A stretch of DNA of 64,000 nucleotides from assembly GCA_016215315.1 (NCBI GenBank), contig JACRKG010000054.1, forward strand, positions 1 to 64,000, given 5' to 3'. How positions within the stretch are numbered: position 1 is the stretch's first letter; each line of letters starts with the position of its first letter. Positions 29,901 to 41,900 of this stretch are shown piece by piece. The DNA is from Candidatus Woesearchaeota archaeon. Its GTDB lineage: Archaea > Nanobdellota > Nanobdellia > Woesearchaeales > ARS49. The notes below the pieces were generated by a model. It was not told the origin of the DNA. It saw nothing but the letters and a program-made list of their open reading frames with translations, and did not search any database. The position numbers were made by a program, and so were the translations under genes.

Positions 29901-32900
29901 CAAATAGAACAAATCCCGAGCATACAAAGCACGATATTAATACAAAAAGACTATGTGCTAAGCAGTGATGGCCGCTTCAAAAAAGAAAAAACTCTCGAAC
30001 AAATAGAAGAAACATCCAAAAATATAAAACCAATAACAGGAAAGTTCATAATAACTGGATTCCAAACAGCAGAAATAACAACACCTAAATTAATCAAAAC
30101 AATAGACAACGTTGACGGAAGCAAAACTTTAGAATTCAGCGATGGATCAAAAAAAGTTCTGACAGAAACTTATTCCAAAAACGACCTAGGACAATTAGTT
30201 AGAGATCACTTTACAAAAACAGTAATAACAAAAGAAGGCAAAACAATACAAAGAAAACAATTAATTAACGGCGAAATAGAAGAAACATATCCGGACAAAA
30301 CAGTAATAAGGTACAAATTAACTCCAGATAAAAAATCACAAGTAACATTCCAACAATTTACTAATGATAAAGGAAAAACAGTAAAGTTAAGCTATGAATA
30401 CCTTCCTGACAGCACAAGAAAAAGAATAAGCGACACTGATAGCAGTTCTGCAATCCAAGAACCATTCATTAACGAAAAAGGAGAACAGGAATGGAGAAAC
30501 AAAAAAGAAACCGATGCATTTGGCAGAACATTCTCTTACGACTACAAAAAAACCAAAATCAATGGAGAAGAAAAAGAAGTAACCTTAGTAAAAAATGAAG
30601 CAGGACTAATAGTAGAAGCATTTTATGATGAACAAGTTCAAAGAATTAATGTTGACTGCGAAGAAAAAGAAAAATTAAATTGCAAAAAACCAGAAGAAAG
30701 CAATTACGAAAAAACAGATTTGGGCGGCGGATTATTACAATTCAAGAAAAAAATTCAAGAAGGAGAAAAACAACACGAATACACATGCAAACTAACCAGC
30801 ACAAAAATATTCTCACAACCAGAATGCTTAATGACTTATGAAAAAACACAATTAGATGACGGAACAATAAAAGAAAGCATATACGAATACCAAGGCGACA
30901 GCACTTACAAAATAATAGACAAAAAAGATCCAAGAGACGTCTCAGTCATAAAATACGTTGATGGAAAGCCAAAAACATTAATGGCAACATCAATAGATGA
31001 AGAAGGAAACGCAGTAGGTTACTATGTGAAAGAGCAACAAGATGGTTCTCAAGAACTAGATTTCTTTGACGGAAGAACAAGAAAATTAAGCAAAACAAGA
31101 GAAACAACTTCATTCACAAATGAATTTGGCGATGAAACATTCTTATTAGGAAAAAATAAAGAAGGAAAAGAACAATTCAAACAAGTAAGTAGTGATGGAA
31201 AAACAACAATCTATTATGAAGAAGACAGTCAAGATGCTGAAGGAAAAACAAAATATTTCACATCAAGAACAGAAATAAAAACAGAAAAAGGAACAGAAGT
31301 AATAAGCAGAGAAAAAACAAAAGACGGCCTAATTAAAGAAACACGAGCGGATTCGACTGGCGCTGTAACAATTTTATTCTTCAAAGAAGGAGAATCAGAT
31401 CCTAAAAAATATCAAACAATAGACGAATGCGGAATAGACTCAGGAATAATAGAAACAACAAAAGATCAAGAAAAACCAGAAACAATGACGCAACCTTGTG
31501 AAACTGAAGAAGTGCAATCTCAAGTTGATTTCACAAAACTAAGTGATACAGAAAAAGACAATTATTGCAAAGATAGGAAATCAAAAGATCAACAAAAAAA
31601 TGAAGAATCAAAAAAGGCAAAAGAGCTAAAAGATATATGTGTTTACGAGCTAAAAAATAACAATTACCGAATAAATGAAATAGATAAAAAAGATGGAAGC
31701 AAAGAAAAATATGAATACTTCAATTATGAAAGTAATGAATTAACAAAAATAGAATACACTGGCGGGCCAAGAGATGGAACTTATTTAATTCTGGCAAACG
31801 CAGAAGATGTCAAAAACGAAAAAGGAGAAACAGTCAATGACAAATATGGATCACCAAAAAAATTACAAGTAGTGCTAGAGTCAAAATCACTGATTGATGG
31901 ACAACCAAAAATATATTGCACAGCAAACTTAGCGGACGGAAGCAAACTACAAGTAGAAAAAGGTAAAGGAATCATAAGCCAATACTCTTACTTAAACCCA
32001 GAAACAGAAAAAACACTCAAAAATCTAGGACTAATAGAAGAAACAATAATAGAAGAAACACTAATAGAAAAAACACTAATAGAAGAAACACCCAAAAAAG
32101 GTCCAGCATCATTCACAACAAAAACTCAAGTAATAACACAAGAAAAAACAACTACTACAACAAGAGAACCACTAACTAACGGAAATATTTTAGTGAGAGC
32201 AGTTGATGACGATTTAAGAAACTCGAATTTTGCTCATCTACTTTACGAAAAATACTTCAACAAAGAATGTGTAGGTACTGAAGTAATAAAAGAAGAGCAA
32301 AAATCAGAAGAAACAGAGCAACCAAAAATAAGTCTGAGCGCAGGAAGAAATCAAGCATCACAAAGCTCACAAAAAATAGCGCAAACACTATTAGGCGGAG
32401 GAAAACCAACAGGCCCAGTTAATCTAGGAGATGTATTAGGAACACAAAATCCAGTTTCTTGCGTAGCAAACACACTCAAAAGTTTAAGCGAAGATAAAAC
32501 AGAAACTCCAGAACCAAAATTCTTATACCAAATAATCAAGCCACAAAAAGAAGAAGACTTAGTATTAAGACAAGCATTTGAAGTAAATGGAGAAGAACAA
32601 ATCACTGATTATGTTTACCCAGAACAAAAAAAGAAAACTAGCTACACGAGAGTAAATGTTAAAGAAAAAACGTGGACTCAATTTAATGAAAAAGATGAAG
32701 CTCAAGAATTCTTATCAAAAACAGAACAAGGATACCAATTAACATCTTACGGAGATTACGGCGGACTAACTAAATTATGCGAGAAATTGGACGAAAAACA
32801 ATACCAAAATCCTCTAGCAGAAAAAGTAGACATGACACCAATACAATTATGTAAAGAACAACCAGAACTTTGCTTAGCAGGAAGTTGTCCAGAAACATAC

Positions 32901-35900
32901 GAATCAGTATGCGGTAAAGATGGAATAACCTACAAAAATGAATGCTTAGCAAAAATAGCAAAAGCAGATATTGAAAGAAAAGGAGAATGTCAATGTCAAG
33001 ACTTAAAAAAATTAAAACCAGGAACAGAAGTAGTATGCGAAGACCAAAAGCCAAGAACAACATGTACAACAGATCAAGACTGTAATTCAGAAGGAACAAA
33101 AACATGCGGTAACGGAAAAGAATACTATGAAAAAACATGCAAAGAAGACAAAGAAGGAAATAAATTCTGCATTCCAAATCCAAACTTAGCAACAATCTGC
33201 ACCAACGCAGAATGTCCTCCAGTCCAAACAAGCAATAATTGTCCAACAGGAACGCTATCAAAAGAAATACGTTACGAAAATGGCTGTTTCGCAGGAACAC
33301 AATGCATAAGCCCAGGACAACCACCAATAATTCCAGACTCCAAACAATGTCCTCAAGTAGCAATACCAACACCAATAACGGGATACAGAATAATTCCAAA
33401 ATTTGACAATCAAGGCTGCCTAGTAAACGCAGACATGATTGGAGAAGAACAAATAACAGGAATGGCATCTGAAGAATTAGCAGAACTACAAAACATAAAA
33501 TTACCAACAAAAGAAACAGACAAAGAAAAAACTGCAGAAGCATCATTAGAAAAGCCAAGTGAAGAACTTAATGGAGTGAAAGACAGAGAAATAGGAGATG
33601 GTTGCAACCAAATAAGTATTTGTGACAATGGCGAAATATATCATCCATACTTGAAAAAAGAAAATAGTTGCATTCAAAACCCATTAACAATATGCAATTC
33701 ACCGATTGCAACATACAAAACAAACTTAGTCAAATCTTGCAATGACAAAGATAAAGACGGAAGATGTGATATCAACAATGACAACAAAGAAGATGCAATC
33801 ATAATCAGAAGAAGCAATGATGTTATAGAAACAGTGGAAATAAATTTTGGAAGCAAAGATAACGACTTTGATAATGACGGAATACCCGACTGGTTAGACA
33901 TAGACAAATACGGTACTGGAAAAGCATTCACTAAACCAACATATTCTTTAGACTCACCTCCAGAAGACAGAGATAATGACAAAAATAAAGATGTAGTAGA
34001 ACTTTTATTGGCAAGCCAATTATTCGAAGCAGGACAAGGATACAATTTTGAACAAGACAAAAACAACGACTTAATAACCGACAAAGAAGAAAATTCATTC
34101 AGCTCAATAAAAAACACACTAACAAGTTTTGCAGAACTAATACCCGGATACCTAATAATAAAAGCACCATTTACATTATCAACAAACTTAAAATTCACTC
34201 CAACAAGCATAACTGGAAGAATAATAAATGGAATAACAGGATTCTTTGTTGCACCACCAAATAACGGAGGAACAGGCAAACTCGCTCAATCACAACTAAT
34301 AGGCGGAGTGTGGATGGCAAACATAGAACATGCACCTCAACCATATGATTACATAATGAATGTTTATGACAACTTCAACAAAGTAAAACAACCAAACTTT
34401 GAAGCATTCAAAAAATACCAAAAAGAATACGTAGACAACATAATAGGAAATTTGAACGTAGACTTAGTTTGTGACAAAGATGGCTACAAATCATTCTTGG
34501 AAACACAAAAAAATAGCATAGTTGAACAAGTAATGGCTTCAGTAGAAGCAGTAAAAAAATCATTTGAAGACGCAGAAAAATTCTTAGACAGCGACTTAGA
34601 CATAGCATACGACAAACTAGCAGGAATCAATCCCGTTGAAGACTTAAAAAACAAACTAGAAAACTTCCAAGAAAATTATGAAAAAGCAAAACAAGAATTT
34701 GAACAAACAGGCGAAGCATACACAGGATCAAAAAATAATTTTAAAGAAATAAAAAACAAAATTAGCGATAAATTACAAGAATCAAACGAAGGAAGAAAGT
34801 TTATACATGCAATGGAACAATCAGAACTGAACGAAGTAGACACAGAAAAAACATTCACTAGTGAACAAACAGCACTAAGATTAGCACAAAATAATTATAA
34901 CCAAATAAGTCAATCAGTGGCAGCATGCAATCAAGCAAGAAAAGAGGGGCAAGGAAGTTCTTCCTGCGAAGCATTAGTCAACAAATTAAATCAAGCCACT
35001 ACTAGCTTGAACGCTGCAGAAAGACAATTAAGCGCATCACAAAAACGCGCACAAGGAGCATACCAACCACAAAGCCAAGAAAACTTACAAGCAGCATTCG
35101 ACAAACTACCTCAAAAGATCAAAGACCAATTCGGAAATACTTTTGCTAATTTTATGAGTGCAAGCACTCAAAACTTAAAAGCCACAATAGACTACATAAA
35201 CACCCAAAACTTTGGAAACTTCTGGTTTGGAAGCACAAAATTCAAACCAGAATTTGTAAGCTCAGCAGATCTACTTTCAAAAGGAACTCTAGAACAAGTT
35301 GCAACAACTAACCGAGATAGAATAGTTGAAAAAAACATAAAGGCAGAACTAATAAACCAAAGATTAGATGACACGCCAGAAAATAGAGCATCATTAAGAA
35401 AAATTGTAGAAAACAGTGAATGGTATGAAGAGATAACTAATGAAGTTGAAAACGCAAAACAAATACAACAAAAAGTTCAGAAAGGAGAAAAATTAACAAA
35501 AGAAGAACAAGACTTCGTTCAAAAAACAGCAAAAGAAGAAAACACAAGAACAAAAGAAGAAATCAACAAGAAAAAACAAGAAGTATTCGAAAAAAGAAAA
35601 GAAGAATTCTCTAAAGCACAAGAAAAATTAGACAAAATACAAAAATTTGATTTCCAAAAAGAAACCAACAACTTATACCAAGAAATAACTTCAGACTATC
35701 CAAGAAAAGTAAGCGATTTGATTGAAGGATTAGAAGATATCAGAACAAGAGCTCAAGAAATAATAAACAACAAAGAAAGTTGCCCTGCAGAAAATAAAGA
35801 CGCAATGAACCAACTACTAGCTCTTCTAGATTCAATGATTGACAGTATGGAGCGCAAAAAATCGGACTTATACGAATTCATAGACAAACACATTGAAGGA

Positions 35901-38900
35901 AAAGACAAAAATGCACCAACAGATCCAGCAGAAAGAGAAAAATTATTCCCTGCTGAAGCACTAAACGCACAAAACGAAAAACTCAAACAATACCAAGACA
36001 ACGCAAACAATCCTCAAGCAACAAACTTCCAAAAAGAACAATGGAATAATTTAGCACAACAAGAAAAACAATCATTTGCTTCAATATATTTCAAACTAGC
36101 CGCTGACAGAATGATCATAGATGCAATCTTTGAACAAATACAAATGCTCCAAGTAGAACCATTAACAAAACTAGCACAAATGCTAGAACAAAAAATGGAA
36201 TGCTGCACACAAAGTTACCAACCAATGAAAGGAACAACACTACCTAAACAAGAAAAAATAATAGAAAAACCCAAAGACAAAGAATTACCAAAAGCACCAG
36301 ACACAACAGGAGCATTAGCACTAACACTAGAATCAATACAATGCCAAACAAACTTAGTAACAGGAATGCAAACTACATCAACCACAAAAAGAACTCAAGA
36401 TGATACTGAAAACCCTCCACCAGAACTACCAACACCAATAGAATGCCCATACTGCACGTGCAATAATTACATTCAGAAAGCAGCATTCAAAAAAGGACAA
36501 GCAACACAAACAAGCTTCGGACCAACACTTGACGAACCTCAAACACCAAAAGAACCACCATTAGATCCTGGCAGCGTATCTAATGGGGCATCATCAAGAC
36601 CAACTGAACCACCAACGTTACAAAACATAGCTGCAATACTAAAACCAGGAACAACAGTAGCACAACCAACAACAGAAAGACCGGCATCAATACCACCTCC
36701 AACATCAATAACTCCAAAACCACAAGAAATAGTTAAACCAATAATCAATCCATGTGTAGACAAGTTCAAATTAAAAGAAGCATCACTTGAAGGAGTTCAA
36801 AAATTTGAAGATCAAAAATTAAAAAAAGCCGCAAAAGAACAAAACACTTGCTGGAAAGAATTCGGCGATGATTACAAAGGCGAAGGCATACAAAAATGGA
36901 AAGAAAACGCAGTCCAAGCAATAAATGAAAAACTAAAGAGCAAAGGATTAAGCATAGATAAACTAGGATCAGATGCAGAAAGTACTGGTGGAATCAAAAT
37001 TTATTACGGAGGAAGTGAAGTCACACCAGACGAACAAGGAAACATACCAGGAACATTCTACAACAGTGAAGAAATACAAAAACTAAGAGAAGAACAAATA
37101 CAAGAAAGAATGCAGTCACAAACAGAAAAAATAAGAGACTGCCACGTAAAAACAGAAGCAGCAGCGCAAGTAGCAAAAGATGTTGTAGGCCAAGATTACA
37201 ATGCACAAGCAGTAGAGAAAAAAGACGGAACATTCCAAGTACAAATAACATCAAGAGATGGAACAAACGGGTTCTTAGACGAAAACGGCAACGCAATATT
37301 CCAAACACCTGAAGGATCAGCAGTAAAAATAGGAGATAAATACGTTCCATTAAACAAAGCACAAGATGGAAAAATGTACACTCTTGACGAAAATGGAAAC
37401 TTACAAGCATACAATGTTGATGAAAAACTTGGTGATGAAGAAAAACAAAAACTAAGCGGATGCTTCAATCTCAACGCAATAGGCCTAAACTATCAAGCAG
37501 ACTTTAATGACTTACTTGCTAAAGGAAAAATAGACGAAGCAATAAAAGCAAAAATCAACCAAGGAATGATGAATGCAAGACTTAATGCATTACTAGGAGA
37601 CATAACTGCAGGAATCAATTCATTAATGGATTCACTCAAAGCAATAGCACAAGTACTAAAAGATCAAGGACTAATAAATGAAGAATTATTTGATATGATT
37701 AATAAATTAAGTGCGGATAATTTAGACAACCTAAAAACAGCTTTAGAACAATTAGGCGACAAAATAGAAGACAAAACAATATTTGAAGAATTCAAAAAAA
37801 CATTCGACTCACTACTAGCATCAAAAACACTACAAGAAGCAAACCAATTACTAGAAAAACAAAAAGGAATGAAACCATGCACAGAACAAAAAACACCAGA
37901 CTGCGCAACAAAAGAAGAATACCAAAAAATAGCTGAAGACCTAAAAAAATTAGTAGAAGAAGACAAATTCTTCAACAAAGAAGAAGCAATGCCTGAAAAC
38001 TACAAAAAATTCTTACAAGGACTTCTTGTTCAATCAATATTCGGAAGCGAAGGAGTTCCAGGCTTAATCGATGCGATGAGAACGGAAATTATTGAAGGAA
38101 TAAAAAATACCTCTCCACTAACTGAACTTGGAAAATCGTTATACACCAATTTAGAGCTAGAAAAAGCATACCAAGAAATATTAAACAAATACGGAAATTA
38201 TTTGAGCGATGAAGCAAAAGATGGCTTAACTAAATCAAGAGATTATTACGCAAGCGAAGCAGAATATGCAGGAATAAGACTTGAAAGACAATCAGAATAC
38301 ACATCACTAAAAGAAGAAAAAGACCTATCTCTAGGAGAAAGACAATTCTCAAACATAAACGAACAAAGAAGAACTGAATTATTAACAAAAGGCGAACAAA
38401 TAACTTCAAGAGTTGAAGCCAACTTCGCAAGACAAAAAGCATACTCTGACTTGAAAACAGTTCTAAGTGAATGGGTTAGAGGAATGGAAAGAAAAGGAAG
38501 CTTCATGGATTACAGTTTAAAATTAGGAGAAATAAGAAAAGCAATAGAAACTTATGGCGGATCAAGCAAAGAAAAATTATTATCAACACTTGACCAAGTT
38601 AACTCAAAACTAGCATCAGGAAGTGAAGCAGAACTAACCACAGGAATTCTAGACATAATGAACTCCTTAACAGAAACAAATAATTTACCATCCAACAGAA
38701 TTACTGACGAAGAAATACAATCCTTAGGAGTAATAAATAAATTAACAGCTTCAGGAAAAGATGTTCATTTAGCAGACCAAAAAGGAAACATACTAAGCAA
38801 TGACTTAGAAGGAAGCCACCAAAGCATACAATCAAGAGAAAAAGTTCAAGAACAATCACAATTATACAAAATTTTGGTTGCAGGAAAATACCAACAAGCA

Positions 38901-41900
38901 GCCGAACAAGGAGATTGGGAAGGACTAACTAAATGGCATAATGAATTATCTGACGCAAATTACTTCCAAGAAATGAATAATAAACAATTAACAATATTAC
39001 AATTAGAACAAAAAATGCACAATACACAATCAGCAGGAAAACCAGGATGGGGAGAATGGTTATTCACATCAGGAGATAAGCTAAGAGAAAAATATTCAGA
39101 TTATTATAATCCAACACCAAGAGAAGAAACAATAAAAGGTTTAGGTAATGAAATAGAAAAACAAACAATACTAAGAGATGTAACTTATGAAATGAGAAAC
39201 ATGGATGATGAGCACAGAAAAGATCATTTAGATTATCTTGGAAAAAGAACTGAAGAAATATTAAAAGAACAAGGAGAAATAAAAACAAAAGCACAAGAAG
39301 CAAGAGGCGGATTTTTCTGGGGACTTATATCTAGCGCAGGTTCTGCTGTAGGCTTAACAACAGCTCCAAGCGTTCTAGAAGATCAAGCAAAAAATGCTGC
39401 TCTCGAAACAAGCCTAATGGAAGGAAGGCTAGAAGCAGTAGGTTCACTAATGAAAAATTATAATCCTCAAGGATATAATGAATTCAAACGAGAACTAGAA
39501 ATAAAAGCATTAAGCGCTCCAAAAAGTGCAGGATTCATGAAAGAATTCAGTCCTGAAAGAGCAAAAGTATACTCAGAATTAGGAGAAACTTACTTGAAAA
39601 CATTAACAAACTTAGAAACACAAGAAGCAGGAAACAAAGCAATAAATGAAGCTGTTTCAATAGCAGCAAAACAAGGAAAAACATTAACACAACAAGAACT
39701 AGATCAAGCATACTATGGTGGAGCAAGCAAAGCACTCAGTGATATTGGCCAAAAAATAAGAATGAACTCCGCAGAAATGTACAGTTCAACAAAAAGCTAC
39801 AACATTAAAGATGAAATAGAAAAGAATACTGCATCCACACTACAATTTTTAGGATCATATGCATCACAATACACAACAGAATTAAGAAAACTAAGCAATG
39901 AAGGGCTAACAACAAATGATGACTTACTAAAAATACAAAATAATATATTATCAACGATGAGTTCACTAGGAGGAATAAGCGAAATAAACAGAAAAGCATT
40001 CTTAGACTTAAACACGATGCAAGTATTAGGAACAAAAGTTCCAAGACTAGGACTAATGTCACCAGGAGGACTAGTAAGATACTGGAAAGAAGGAGTCTCT
40101 GGACTAGACAATATTGGCCAAACAGAAGTATACAATTTAGGAAACGTACAAGATGCACTATTAAGAGCAACAGCAGGAACAGCAGATAAATCAAACATAA
40201 ACATTCTCAAGAATGCAGGAATAAATTATGAAAAAGGAAAAATATTCCTAACACAAGATTCTCTAAATAAATTCAACAACAATGTAGTGCAATCCAAAGG
40301 AATAAACGATTTCAACTCATACGACATGAACCGCGTAAGCCAAATGTTTGGATTTGTAGAAATGATAAAAACAGCAGCATCATTCGCAGTAGGAGGAGTT
40401 GCAACTAAATTCGTTAACGAAGCAGTTACAGGAATAAAAACAGCCAACACAGCAAGATACTTCACAACAGCAGAAAAACTAAACAGGTACGTAAAATATG
40501 GAGAAGGATTAGAAGACTTAACACAATTACAAAGAATAGGACTAAAAGTTTCAAACGAAGCAATAAAAATAGGAGGGTTTGCAGGAGAAGCAACAGCATT
40601 CCCAATCGGAATGGCCGCAGGAAGCGACGCAGTAGGATATGTAGCAACAAGATTTGAAGATAAACTGGGGGGAACACCAGAAGGAAGAAGCTACACTCCA
40701 GCAATGGACGCATTCATGAAAAATCCGGGCGAAGCAATACTAAACTCTGCAGCAATGCTAGGAACATTCAAAGGTTTAGGAAAATTAGGAGTTGCAGCAC
40801 AAGAATATGCACAATCAAAAATAGTAAGAAATGCACTAGAAACAGAATTAGGATCACAAACAGCAAAACAATTACTTCCAGGAGTAATGAACAGATTAAG
40901 AACTGGAGAAGCAATACCGGAATTCTTGAAAGGAGCAGAAAACGTAGGAACAGCACTAACAATGACAAAAGCAATACCAATAGCATTTGAAATAGCAGGA
41001 ATGGTAGGACTAGAATCACTAGAAAACAATTACGCAGGAAACAGCGTTCCATTCTATGAAACACTACTAAGAGCAGGATTCACAACAACAATGATGCACG
41101 GAGCAGCACACATACCATCAAAAGATGCAAATCAAGGAATAAAAGCAAGCAATTTCGTAAGAGACGTAAGCTCAGCAAGAACAGTACGAGATCAAGCATA
41201 CGATTCATTACAAAAACTTGCAGGAGTAGAACCATCAGCAAGAAAACCATTTGAAGCAACTGCAGGAAGAGAATACATAGACCCATTAAAACAATACAAA
41301 CCAGAAGAATTAGACAACTTACAAGCAGACCAATTAAGACAATACCAAGAAGGAATGAACGAAGTAATAAAATATGAACAATTAGCAAACCAAGCAAGCA
41401 CTCCTGCAGAAAAAGAAGCAATGAGAACAGCCGCAGAAAATGCAAGAACACAAGCAACAGATATGATGGGAAGAGCAGAAGCAACAAGGAAATTAGCAGA
41501 AACAATGAGAGAAACACAACAAGAAGGAAAACTAAAAACACCACAACCAGTGCCTGAAGCAAAACAACCAACATCACAAGAAGCGCAAAAATTATTGAAA
41601 GACATTATCACGCCAGATATGAGAAAAGAACTACTACAAAGAATACAACAAGAACAATTAATCCAAGACGTAATAAACAATCCTGCAAGAGTAACAGAAC
41701 AAAGAATACTAGAAGAAGGATTAGCAAGAACCCCACAAGAAGCACAAAAATTATTGAAGGACTTAATTAAACAAGGTAAAAAAGCAAGACTAACAAACAA
41801 CGAATATGAATTAGCAAGAGCAGATAACAATTTAGGAAATGAAAGATACAAATTAGAAGTTGAGGCACAAAAATTACAAGAAAAATACAAAAACGGAGAA